Source: Candidatus Omnitrophota bacterium
GTDB lineage: Bacteria; Omnitrophota; Gorgyraeia; Zapsychrales; JANLHA01
Direction of reading: 5' to 3'
DNA length: 64,000 nucleotides
Assembly: GCA_020632535.1 (NCBI GenBank)
Contig: JACKFJ010000001.1
Location: forward strand, 410,890-474,889
The notes beneath the pieces are model-generated. The model was not told the DNA's origin. It made no database searches and saw only the letters and a program-made list of their open reading frames with translations. Positions 1 through 9,071 of this stretch are shown here, piece after piece. Position numbers and translations under genes: made by a program. Every line of letters starts with the position of its first letter. Positions within the stretch are counted from its first letter, which is position 1.

Positions 1-74
1 TCGATCTTGTCACGAGGAAAGCATTAAAACCACTTATTAAAAAGGAAATTCTTAAAGAAACGATATTTTTATGA
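1..74 (+). CDS. 3' end of MntA-like nucleotidyltransferase antitoxin (partial, runs off window)
   Basis: The frame is open from the window edge (...DLVTRKALKPLIKKEILKETIFL*). Its TGA stop overlaps the ATG of the downstream HepT gene (ATGA at 71-74), the usual MntA-HepT arrangement. Confidence 0.4.
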   Translation, partial: DLVTRKALKPLIKKEILKETIFL

Positions 75-403
75 GCAGAAGAAGCGAAGCTTTATATATC
101 AAAGATATTGCGGATGCTATTGCGCACATTGAGCAATATACAAAAGGCATTTCGTTTACGAAGTTTTCTAAAACCCCAATGATTATTGATGCCGTTGTTA
201 GGAATTTTGAGATTATTGGTGAAGCTGCCAAGAATTTATCGTCGAAGACTAAAGCGTCAGTGCCTGAAATTCCGTGGGAAGATATAACGGGGATGCGTAA
301 TAAAATAATCCATGAGTATTTTGGGGTCGACCTTGAGATCATTTGGAAAACGATACGTGAATCGTTACCAGTTTTTAAGAAGGCAATTGCTAAACTTAAG
401 TAA
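71..403 (+). CDS. hepT: HepT (DUF86) toxin of a type VII toxin-antitoxin pair
   Basis: 110 aa with the RX4HXY motif (GMRNKIIHEYF). Size and the coupling to the upstream short ORF are typical of DUF86. Confidence 0.85.
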   Translation: MSRRSEALYIKDIADAIAHIEQYTKGISFTKFSKTPMIIDAVVRNFEIIGEAAKNLSSKTKASVPEIPWEDITGMRNKIIHEYFGVDLEIIWKTIRESLPVFKKAIAKLK

Positions 404-643
404 TATGTTTCATTCGCCGCATCAATGCCAATCTTCGTGTCCACAATATCGAAAAGCCTGAAGATATTGACACGCTTACGCTCTAAATTTTCCGTCGGAA
501 AAAATCAAATATGCCCTTGACGATACCGCTTGTTTGTAGGTATACTTAGTTATTGTGATTTTTGTAAAGCTCGTAGATTCAAATATTTACCACGCGTGAC
601 CACTGGGTCGCAGCGTTCAACGGTGTAGCACTGTTAGATTCTT

Positions 644-1075
644 ATGATTAACTACAGTCAGTTGAAAATGATATTACCGCAAGCCTATCCATTTCTCTTG
701 ATCGATCATGTTGAAAGTTATCAACCCGGCGAGAGCCTCGTGGCCATCAAGAACATCACCGCAAACGAGTGGCCTTTTTCACAATCGCCTGACCGTTTAG
801 AACATTATCCCGAAACACTTTTAATCGAAGCCGCCGCACAGGCGGCTTTAGTGTTATATAGGATAAGTAAAAATTGTTCGATTATAAAAGAATCCAAATT
901 TGTTTTAGGTCAAATCAAAGCTGAATTTCATCAGCCCATTGCTGTTGGTCAGCAGTTAAGAATTAATGCCATTGCTAGCAAAATGCTTGATGATTTTGGT
1001 TATATGAATATGAATTTATTAGCTGATTTGTCTCAGGATGTTGCTGAAATTCAAATTTTTTATAAAGTTATTTGA
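644..1075 (+). CDS. FabZ/FabA-like hotdog-fold 3-hydroxyacyl-ACP dehydratase
   Basis: 143 aa. LPQAYPFLLIDHV...HYPETLLIEAAAQAA matches the FabZ catalytic His region and central helix. Confidence 0.8.
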   Translation: MINYSQLKMILPQAYPFLLIDHVESYQPGESLVAIKNITANEWPFSQSPDRLEHYPETLLIEAAAQAALVLYRISKNCSIIKESKFVLGQIKAEFHQPIAVGQQLRINAIASKMLDDFGYMNMNLLADLSQDVAEIQIFYKVI

Positions 1076-1082
1076 AGGGACT

Positions 1083-2327
1083 ATGCTTAATTCCCCCAAA
1101 AAGAAGCGTCGTGTTGTCGTCAGCGGTATAGGAGTTGTTTCCTCAATTGGAATCGGGTGGGAAGAGTTTTGGAAAAATCTTTTGGCGGGTAAGTCGGGGA
1201 TTGATAGAGTTAGAGCAATTGATACAACCAACTATGATTATCATCGAGCAGGTGAGGTCCGACGCTTTTTTCCTGCAGATTTCGTAAGCCGCCATAAAGT
1301 CTCCAAATTAGGACGAGCCTCACTTTTTGCTATCGCGGCAAGTAAAATGGCAATTAAGGATGCAAAACTTTCAATAAAGGAATTTCAGAAAATTGTTGGT
1401 GGAATATGTATAGGGACAACGATGGGGGAAGCCCAGTTGATTGAGTCAATGGCAAAGACTTTGGTGGATTCTGATGCATCAGATATTAAGAATTTAGAAG
1501 CTTTGTCGTATCCAGCAAACTCGATTTCTACAAATGTTGCAGCGGAACTTAAAATTCAAGGACAGAATATGTTGTTTGCGAATGCCTGTGCCGCTGGGAA
1601 TTATGCGGTAGGTTATGCCTTTGATATGATTCGATCCGGTAATACTAATATGATGATTGCGGGTGGAAGTGATGCCTTATCACGGATTGCGTTTACAGGT
1701 TTTGGGCGACTTTATGCTATGTCGCCGGATATATGTCAACCATTTGATCTAAATCGGAAGGGTATGATTTTAGGAGAAGGGGCTGGGATATTGTTGCTCG
1801 AAGAGTATAACTCTGCAGTCGAACGAGATGCTCTAATTTATGCCGAGATCAGGGGATATGGAATGTCTTGTGATGCCCAGCATATGACTAATCCTAATTT
1901 CCAAAGTGTTGCACGTGCAATTTTAAAATCCTTAGAGTCTGCAGACGTTAATCCACGAGATGTGCAGTATATTTCAGCACATGGCACAGGAACACCCGAA
2001 AATGATAAAGCGGAATGTGAGGCTCTTAATGAAGTTTTTGGTAAATTTACCCAAGAAATCCCGATAAGTTCAATTAAGTCTATGCTGGGGCATACAATGG
2101 GTGCGGCTTCGGCTTTAGAATCAATTGCCTGTTGTCTAGCTGTGAAGCATGGTGAAATTCCTCCAACTATAAATTTTCAAAATAGTGATCCTTTTTGCGA
2201 TATTGACTGTATCCCGAATAAAAGTCGAAAATCTAAAGTAGGCATCGCATTAAATAATTCGCAGGCTTTTGGGGGAAATAATGCAGCAATCGTGTTTCAG
2301 AAACATTTGAAAGAATTCTATAGATGA
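1083..2327 (+). CDS. beta-ketoacyl synthase (FabF-like KS)
   Basis: RVVVSGIGVVSSIG N-terminus, active-site Cys (ANACAAGNYA), and His motifs (SAHGTGTP, GHTMGAASA). The start is moved to the ATG at 1083, because the ORF-track start at 1038 overlaps the FabZ gene. Confidence 0.85.
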   Translation: MLNSPKKKRRVVVSGIGVVSSIGIGWEEFWKNLLAGKSGIDRVRAIDTTNYDYHRAGEVRRFFPADFVSRHKVSKLGRASLFAIAASKMAIKDAKLSIKEFQKIVGGICIGTTMGEAQLIESMAKTLVDSDASDIKNLEALSYPANSISTNVAAELKIQGQNMLFANACAAGNYAVGYAFDMIRSGNTNMMIAGGSDALSRIAFTGFGRLYAMSPDICQPFDLNRKGMILGEGAGILLLEEYNSAVERDALIYAEIRGYGMSCDAQHMTNPNFQSVARAILKSLESADVNPRDVQYISAHGTGTPENDKAECEALNEVFGKFTQEIPISSIKSMLGHTMGAASALESIACCLAVKHGEIPPTINFQNSDPFCDIDCIPNKSRKSKVGIALNNSQAFGGNNAAIVFQKHLKEFYR

Positions 2328-3607
2328 GAATAGTAATAACTGGATTAGGACCAATTACAGCTGCAGGAATCGCAAAAGATGATTTTTGGAGAGGACTTTG
2401 CACTTCAAAAACGAATTTAGTTAAAATTACTCAACCGTTTGGTGACACTTCGGTTTCGTTTTTTAAGCATGTTGTAGAAAATTTTAATATTGAAGATTTT
2501 GATATTTCAAAGGAATATTTGTCTGATTTAAAGGAATGGAAAGGGGGGAAAGTTGAAACAGATATGTATTACTTGCTTGCTGCGGCTAAATTAGCTTTGG
2601 AAGACAGTGGTTTAAAGTATGATATTGAAAAAAATAATATTGGCTTAGTCGTGACTCATGAAAATCCTGGTCTCGAAGACTATTTTAGTGAGCTGCTTTT
2701 ACACTCTTCAAATTATTATAAAAATAATAATCCTCTAGGCGATTATACCAGCTATATGTATGAAAAATTAGCAAAGAGTTCATTTGAGCTGCAAACTTTT
2801 ATGCCTCTTTATCATGTTGCAAAGATTTTGGGGCTTCACGGATACAGTTTGTTTATCAATAACGCATGTGCATCAGGTGCTTATGCTATGGAAGAAGCTG
2901 CACAAATAATAGAATCCGGAAAATCAAGCGTTGTTGTACTAGTGGCGGCCGATAACCCGCAGGTTTTTAAGTACCTTTGGTTTAAAAGGTTAAATTTATA
3001 TTCAGAAAATGGAATGATGATGCCTTTTTCTGATAATACTGATGGTTTTATTTTTGGGGATGGGGCTGCGGGTTTAGTTTTGGAGAGCTTAGATCATGCT
3101 CTGGCTAGAGGAGCAGAAATTTATGGCGAATATTTAGGTGGAGGATTCTATTCTGAGGGATGGAAAATTAGTTTCCCTAGTATTACGGAAGACTCTTATG
3201 GAGAGGCAATAAATAGCGCTTTTAAGAAGACACAGATAAATAAAAAAGAAATTGATGTAATTGTCCCCCATGGAATTTCAACACAAGTTACTGATCGTTA
3301 CGAAATGCGTAGTATATCTCGACAGTTTAAAGGAATGTTAGAACAGGTTAGTTTGTGTTCTTTAAAACCTTTGATTGGACATACTTTAGGAGCAAATACT
3401 GCTCTTGAAATACTAATAATTCTTTTGATGATAAAAAAAGAGTGCTTGCTCAGAGAGCAACGCATGAAAGTAAACGGTAATAGAGTTGATTTATCAATAC
3501 CAATTCCTTTTGTACACAAGAAGATAGCCTTTGTTCTTAAGACGACTGCTGCTTTTGCAGGATATAGGTCAGCAATTTTACTAAAAAGGTTTAATTTCAA
3601 TGATTAA
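2324..3607 (+). CDS. second, divergent beta-ketoacyl synthase (KS partner subunit)
   Basis: RIVITGLGPITAAG, Cys retained (NNACASGAYA), HGIST and GHTLGANTA. ATGA overlap with the upstream KS gene. Confidence 0.75.
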   Translation: MRIVITGLGPITAAGIAKDDFWRGLCTSKTNLVKITQPFGDTSVSFFKHVVENFNIEDFDISKEYLSDLKEWKGGKVETDMYYLLAAAKLALEDSGLKYDIEKNNIGLVVTHENPGLEDYFSELLLHSSNYYKNNNPLGDYTSYMYEKLAKSSFELQTFMPLYHVAKILGLHGYSLFINNACASGAYAMEEAAQIIESGKSSVVVLVAADNPQVFKYLWFKRLNLYSENGMMMPFSDNTDGFIFGDGAAGLVLESLDHALARGAEIYGEYLGGGFYSEGWKISFPSITEDSYGEAINSAFKKTQINKKEIDVIVPHGISTQVTDRYEMRSISRQFKGMLEQVSLCSLKPLIGHTLGANTALEILIILLMIKKECLLREQRMKVNGNRVDLSIPIPFVHKKIAFVLKTTAAFAGYRSAILLKRFNFND

Positions 3608-5765
3608 TTTATTTTCTGTAGCTGGAGTAATTCTTTTTGCTTGCTGTATAGTTCTCATTTTATTTGCGTGGTCAGCACGGCGATCCTCCATAATTTCAAC
3701 ATGGATATTGTTTAATGCCGGTGTTGCACTTTGGGGGTTAGCGGCCTTCATCATCGGTTCAACATCAAATGTGGTGATTTCGAGTATTTGGTGGCGGATC
3801 GCCCATTTAGGAATTATTTTTATTCCCGTATTTCTTGTGCATAATATTGTATTAATTTGTGATTTTAAAAAGAGAGAAATCTTGTTAAAACTGATCTACG
3901 GACAAGCAATTTTCTTTTTGTTTACTTTATTTACACCTTTTTTCCTAGGGCCGCTTAAGTCTTTTAAAGGATTTTTTTATTTAACACCGAAAATTCTTTA
4001 TTTCCCTTTCTTTTTTATTTGGATTTCTCTTGTTGCATTTAGCTTAGTTATTCTCTTTCAAAAAACTCAAACATCTCAAGGTCTTAAAGGCAATCAGGTC
4101 CGGTATTTATTTTGGGCTCTACTTTTAGGCTTTACCGGAGGAATAACAAATTTCTTCCCAGTTTTTAATATAAATGTTTATCCCTTTGGTAATTTGTTCA
4201 TTTCGCTATATTGTTTGACAGTAACATATGCAATTTTTAAGTACAGATTGCTGGATATAAGTTTATTAATTACACGTACTACCATTTTCTTTATTGTTTA
4301 TGCTTTTGTTCTTGGAATTCCATTTTTTATGGCTTTTGGATTACGTGGAAAATTGGTAGAATTATTTGGGTATGAGTGGTGGTTGGTACCTTTAGCAACA
4401 TCAACGGTTCTTGCTACTACTGGGCCTTTTATATATGTTTACTTCCAGAATCGGGCAGAGGATAGACTTTTACAAGAACAGCGCCGCTATCAAGCAACTC
4501 TTCGCCAAGCTTCTGCCGGTATGGGAAAGATTAAGGACTTAAAACGGTTGGTCACTTTGATTGTTCATATTATGACTCGCACCGTTCGGGTTGAGTATAG
4601 TATGGTTTTTTTAAATGATATTCATGCGAAGAAATTTCGTCTCGGTGCTTATCGGAGTCGTCAAGTCCGCATGAAGTTTCGTAGTGATATTGATCATGAG
4701 ACGGCTTTAGTGCGAGTTCTTCAGGAAACCCAAAGTCCAATTGTTTACGATGAGATTAAACAGCGTACGCAAGATTTTGGTGATCTCAAGCTTGCGCGTC
4801 TTGAAGCGGAATTAAAAGCTATTGATGCGGCACTTGTAATCCCTAGCTTTATTGACGAAAAACTTGTTGCTATTCTTGTTATGGGTGCGAAAGTTTCTGG
4901 AAAAATTTATAGCTCTGATGATTTGTCCGTCTTTTCAATTTTGGCGAATCAATCCGCTCTTGCAATCGAAAACGCGCAGTTTTATGATGAAATGAAAAGC
5001 ACGCATGTTCAATTGCTCAAAGCCGAAAAGATGGCCACAATTGGGACATTGGCCGACGGACTTTCGCATCAGATCAACAATCGCTTGCATGCGATGGGTT
5101 TTATTGCCGGGGATGCGTTAGATACTTTAAAGTTGGGGCATAATCTCCCTATGTCGCTTGAGGTTAAAGAAATGATCTTAGATCTTGAGCACGCCTTAAA
5201 CCGCATTGAGTCTAATGTTCAGCAGGGTGGTGAAATTGTTCAAGGTCTACTTAAGTACACGCGCAAAGATGATGGCTCGATACAAGATGTCGCGCTTGAT
5301 AAATTAATCGAAGCTGCGCTCGAGATGACGCAGTTTAAAATCAAACCCGGTGAGATGTCCATTAATCATGAGTACCCAAGTGATCTTCCCAAGATTCGCG
5401 GCAATTTTACGCAACTGCAGGAAGTGTTTTTTAATTTGATTGATAATGCGTATGATGCCATGATGCAACGAAAAGCCGAACTTAAGGAAGCCAATTACAC
5501 GCCGACGATTAAAATTATTGCAAGCGGCAGTATCAATGGGCATCTTAATGTTTTGGTTGAAGACAACGGAATGGGTATTCAGGAGCAGGATAAGGAAAAG
5601 ATTTTTACCCCGTTTTTTACGACCAAGCTCTCGAGCAAAAAGGGAACTGGTTTGGGATTGTATGTTATTCAACGTTTGATTGAAGAGAATCATAGTGGTA
5701 CAGTTGTTTATGAGTCAAAATATCAACAAGGAACAAAAGTCCACCTAACGTTACCCGCAGCCTAA
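3600..5765 (+). CDS. sensor histidine kinase with N-terminal multi-TM (7TM-type) sensor, GAF, HisKA and HATPase domains
   Basis: About 270 aa of hydrophobic helices, then a GAF-like region, an H-box (LADGLSHQINNRL), an N-box (NLIDNAYDA) and G-boxes (DNGMGI, GTGLGL). The start overlaps the KS2 stop by 8 nt. Confidence 0.9.
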   Translation: MINLFSVAGVILFACCIVLILFAWSARRSSIISTWILFNAGVALWGLAAFIIGSTSNVVISSIWWRIAHLGIIFIPVFLVHNIVLICDFKKREILLKLIYGQAIFFLFTLFTPFFLGPLKSFKGFFYLTPKILYFPFFFIWISLVAFSLVILFQKTQTSQGLKGNQVRYLFWALLLGFTGGITNFFPVFNINVYPFGNLFISLYCLTVTYAIFKYRLLDISLLITRTTIFFIVYAFVLGIPFFMAFGLRGKLVELFGYEWWLVPLATSTVLATTGPFIYVYFQNRAEDRLLQEQRRYQATLRQASAGMGKIKDLKRLVTLIVHIMTRTVRVEYSMVFLNDIHAKKFRLGAYRSRQVRMKFRSDIDHETALVRVLQETQSPIVYDEIKQRTQDFGDLKLARLEAELKAIDAALVIPSFIDEKLVAILVMGAKVSGKIYSSDDLSVFSILANQSALAIENAQFYDEMKSTHVQLLKAEKMATIGTLADGLSHQINNRLHAMGFIAGDALDTLKLGHNLPMSLEVKEMILDLEHALNRIESNVQQGGEIVQGLLKYTRKDDGSIQDVALDKLIEAALEMTQFKIKPGEMSINHEYPSDLPKIRGNFTQLQEVFFNLIDNAYDAMMQRKAELKEANYTPTIKIIASGSINGHLNVLVEDNGMGIQEQDKEKIFTPFFTTKLSSKKGTGLGLYVIQRLIEENHSGTVVYESKYQQGTKVHLTLPAA

Positions 5766-5773
5766 AGGATAAT

Positions 5774-6178
5774 ATGATTGCAAAATTAGAATCTTTAGAA
5801 AGGGAATTAGATATGCCTAAACTACTTATTGTTGACGACGAGATCGATATTCGGGAGTTTGCCAAAAGTTATTTTCGCAAACGTCACATCGAAGTTTATA
5901 CCGCCAGCGGCGGGGTTGAGGCGCTCGAAATCATTGCCCAAGAAAAACCTGACTTAGTGCTCCTCGACGTGCGAATGGAAGAAATGAATGGAGTCGACGT
6001 CCTTAAAAAACTTCGCGAATCCGGCAATAATACCAAAGTTGTTATGGTCACAGGCGTCAAGGAAGAGTCAACGATACAAGAAGCTGAGCGCTTGGGCGTC
6101 ACTGGCTTTATTCATAAACCGCTTATTCTTGACGAGCTCGAAAAAATTGTTCTTAAAGAACTAAAGAGTAATAGTTGA
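5774..6178 (+). CDS. single-domain response regulator (REC)
   Basis: LLIVDDE...LVLLDVRMEEMNG...VVMVTG...KP are the CheY-like receiver motifs. An alternative start is the ATG at 5813. Confidence 0.85.
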   Translation: MIAKLESLERELDMPKLLIVDDEIDIREFAKSYFRKRHIEVYTASGGVEALEIIAQEKPDLVLLDVRMEEMNGVDVLKKLRESGNNTKVVMVTGVKEESTIQEAERLGVTGFIHKPLILDELEKIVLKELKSNS

Positions 6179-6182
6179 TATG

Positions 6183-6209
6183 GATCCCCGCTAAGAGATT
6201 GCGGGGACG
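6183..6209. repeat. half copy of the family-2 repeat hairpin (GATCCCCG-N-CGGGGA)
   Basis: gatccccgctaagagattgcggggacg resembles the second hairpin of the elements at 11807-11880 and 36912-36984. Confidence 0.5.
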
Positions 6210-6220
6210 ACAATGATTAT

Positions 6221-7405
6221 ATGACGACCAAAATTGACTATAAAAAAGAGCTTGAGGCCGCCAGCCGTGGCATGATCATGATTCATGATCCTGAGCTGCT
6301 TATTAAGCTTATCGTGCGCATGATTGTTGGCAAAGTGCAGATTAAGCACGCTGGTATGATTGTTTATGACGCAGATCGAGATTGCTTTGTGCTCAATATT
6401 TCAAAAGGTGAGACAGGTTTTAAAATTCCCGCCGGTTTTGCGCGTTTCGACAACAATCATCCTATCATCGCGCTTTTTAACAAAAAAGAATATCGCACGC
6501 TTGTTCTTAACCGCAATGCGATTGTCACGCAAGATATTAATAAGCTCATTTGGCAAGAAAGTGTGATGCGCGAAGGCAGCGGCAAGAAGGAATTGCTTTA
6601 TAAAGTTGCTGACCAGATGCATATGATCGGCGCGGTTGCGTGTGTTCCGGCATATTATAGTGACAAGTTGCAGGCGGTGCTGTTGCTTGGAGCCCGCAAT
6701 GATGGGGACAAGTTTGATCAGCAGGAATTGGATTTTTTTGCCGCTTTGGCGTCGGACGCGGCCATGGCAATACGCAATGCTCAACTTTTTATTGAGGCAA
6801 AGAGAGAAGCCGAAAAGACTCGCGATTTATTCTTTCGTACGACGCTCGTGTTGGCGTCGGCAATCGAAATTAAGGACAAGTACACGCACGGTCACACGGA
6901 GCGCGTTACCAATTATGCTGTGATGATAGCGCAGCGTATGGTCGAAAATGGCAGTGCCAATTTTGATCAAAAGTTTTTAGAAAATGTGCACATTTCGAGT
7001 CTTTTGCATGATATCGGCAAGATCGGCGTTCCCGAAGTCATTTTAAACAAGCCCGGTCAACTTACGCACGAAGAATTTGAAATCATGAAACGTCACACGA
7101 CAAACGGCGTCGAAATTTTAAAGCCATTGTTAGAGTTAAAGGACGCCTTAGATGGCGTCAAGTCTCACCATGAGCGCTACGATGGGGGCGGGTATCCGGA
7201 AGGGCTAAAAGGTGAACAAATTCCTATGGTGGCCGCAATCATTGCCGTGGCTGACACATATGACGCGATGATTACGGATCGTCCGTATCGCAAAGGTATG
7301 AGCAAAGAAGAAGCCGTGGCCGAAATTAAAAGCAATATTTTAAAGCAGTTTCATTATCAACCCGCCCAAGCTTTAATCGAACTCTACGAATTAGGAAAAG
7401 TATAG
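6221..7405 (+). CDS. GAF domain / HD-GYP c-di-GMP phosphodiesterase
   Basis: HGHTERV, LLHDIGKIGVP and HHERYDGGGYP motifs, preceded by a GAF-like N-terminal half. Confidence 0.85.
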   Translation: MTTKIDYKKELEAASRGMIMIHDPELLIKLIVRMIVGKVQIKHAGMIVYDADRDCFVLNISKGETGFKIPAGFARFDNNHPIIALFNKKEYRTLVLNRNAIVTQDINKLIWQESVMREGSGKKELLYKVADQMHMIGAVACVPAYYSDKLQAVLLLGARNDGDKFDQQELDFFAALASDAAMAIRNAQLFIEAKREAEKTRDLFFRTTLVLASAIEIKDKYTHGHTERVTNYAVMIAQRMVENGSANFDQKFLENVHISSLLHDIGKIGVPEVILNKPGQLTHEEFEIMKRHTTNGVEILKPLLELKDALDGVKSHHERYDGGGYPEGLKGEQIPMVAAIIAVADTYDAMITDRPYRKGMSKEEAVAEIKSNILKQFHYQPAQALIELYELGKV

Positions 7406-7409
7406 TTTG

Positions 7410-9071
7410 TCATTTTGTCCTGATTGGTAAAATCAGCGTAAACGTTGTTCCGTGTCCGTTCTCACTAACAACTGCAATTTCCCCGCCGTGGTCTTTAATA
7501 ATGCCATGAGTTATCGGTAGCCCCAATCCAGTTCCCGCGTCCTTGGTACTAAAGAACGGATCAAAGATATGGGTGAGATCATTCTTGCTAATGCCGGATC
7601 CTGTGTCGGTAATCGAAATGCAAATAGTCCCATTGCGAGGAGCCTCTTGAGGCGACGCTGGAATCTGAGTTTGATTCGTGCCTTCGGCACTCGCAATGGT
7701 ACTAATAGTTAGCGTTCCCCCCAACTTCATCGCGTCAATGGCATTAAGAAAGATATTAAGCAGAGCTTGGCGCATTTTATTATGGTCAAGTAAGATTAGT
7801 ATGTCGCATTCGGGCGCAAGTTGGGTCTTGACTATGATCTTTTGTTGCAAAAATTTGCTGGATAAAAAGTCAAGTGTATCCGAAATAAGTTTGTTAGGAT
7901 TTGTTTCCTTAAGTTGTATGGGGGAGGGTCGCGCAAATTCAAGGAGCTCATTAACCAGTTCGTCAATGCGCTTGACTTCTCCGCCGACGATGCGCGAAAA
8001 TTTTTTCAAAAATTCTTTGTCGTCGAGTTTATTGGGTAAATATTCACTAAATGTCTTGAGGGCAGTCAATGGGTTTTTGATTTCATGGGCCATTCCGCTG
8101 GCTAAGATCGCGACACTTTTGAGTTTCTCAGTTTCAAAAACTTCCGCGCGCAACAACTCATTTTCCTGTGATATTTCTTCCGTGGTTTTCTTGAAAATGA
8201 ATTTGTCCACAATGCGTTGAATATAGCTGTGGAGTGGAAAGAATGCGATCCCAAGGACGAAAGCTGCGATGATACTAATGCTAATGGACTTATATCCCCA
8301 AAAACCTTGGATAAACTTTTCAGATACAAGAATTAATCCAAAATATAGCAGTGCTGTTAAGAGGATTAGAACCGAATAGGTAAAACTTTTTTTAATAACT
8401 ACACTTATGTCAAGAAATTGGTACTTGAAAATCGCGTAAGAAATTGCAAGGCAAGGCGTAATTGCAATAAAATTGCCCCAAGGATAAATATTCCATCCAT
8501 ATGCTGGAAAGAAGTTTGTTATGCTCCCAGCAAATCCTAACAATGTGAGATTGAAAATGAGTCTTAATTCGGTTTTTTGTTGAGGATATAATCTTTTGAA
8601 TGCGCTTAAAAATATGAGATGCCCAATGGTAATTACAAAAACCCAGAATATAAAAGAAACTGTAAATATTGGTGTCGCAATGTGATAATAAAAGGAGTTA
8701 AACATGACTCGAAAGTTAGCCATCATTGCTTCTTGAAATATTGCAACGGCAAAGAATATTGCTTGTGCATAAACTAATAAAATGTCCCATTTCTGTTTTC
8801 GCTGAATCATTTCGTAGCTGGTGTGATAGAAAAATACAGGTATAAATAAAACCGCAGCGTACGCAAATTTCCAAATTATCTTTATGAAAATAATATTTGT
8901 TATTGTGGCAATGAGGACTGCAGATATTCCCCACATTGCAATAGCAAATAAGTAACAACCGTAGATTCTTGAAATTTTAGTTTTGCCTTTTATAAAAATA
9001 AAAAGTGATAGTGGGAAATAAAGCGCAAACATTATGAGCCCGGATATCGCAAATGGATTTAGTGGATTCAT
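7410..9071 (-). CDS. sensor histidine kinase, 7TM-type N-terminus (paralog 1)
   Basis: Multi-TM N-terminus, H-box (SGMAHEIKNPLTAL), N-box (NIFLNAIDAM), and G-boxes (DTGSGI, GTGLGL). Carries the in-frame repeat insertion. Confidence 0.9.
   Translation of the reverse strand: MNPLNPFAISGLIMFALYFPLSLFIFIKGKTKISRIYGCYLFAIAMWGISAVLIATITNIIFIKIIWKFAYAAVLFIPVFFYHTSYEMIQRKQKWDILLVYAQAIFFAVAIFQEAMMANFRVMFNSFYYHIATPIFTVSFIFWVFVITIGHLIFLSAFKRLYPQQKTELRLIFNLTLLGFAGSITNFFPAYGWNIYPWGNFIAITPCLAISYAIFKYQFLDISVVIKKSFTYSVLILLTALLYFGLILVSEKFIQGFWGYKSISISIIAAFVLGIAFFPLHSYIQRIVDKFIFKKTTEEISQENELLRAEVFETEKLKSVAILASGMAHEIKNPLTALKTFSEYLPNKLDDKEFLKKFSRIVGGEVKRIDELVNELLEFARPSPIQLKETNPNKLISDTLDFLSSKFLQQKIIVKTQLAPECDILILLDHNKMRQALLNIFLNAIDAMKLGGTLTISTIASAEGTNQTQIPASPQEAPRNGTICISITDTGSGISKNDLTHIFDPFFSTKDAGTGLGLPITHGIIKDHGGEIAVVSENGHGTTFTLILPIRTK
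7630..7699. repeat. family-1 palindromic element embedded in frame in a kinase gene
   Basis: Terminal inverted repeats ccattgcgag (7630-7639) and ctcgcaatgg (7690-7699). The left arm cattgcgaggagc is identical to intergenic copies. It encodes ...IPASPQEAPRNG... between the N-box and G1-box. Confidence 0.75.

Noticed and set aside
1038-1082. The ORF-track start at 1038 for the first ketosynthase gene.
   Set aside because: The extension (MLLKFKFFIKLFEGT) overlaps the FabZ 3' end in another frame. The ATG at 1083 gives the canonical KS N-terminus (…RRVVVSGIGVVS) and a 7-nt intergenic gap.
7405-7410. Convergent HD-GYP and kinase genes whose stops are separated by only 4 nt, with no terminator hairpin.
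   Set aside because: The arrangement is real but not informative on its own. Tight convergent packing is common in compact genomes.
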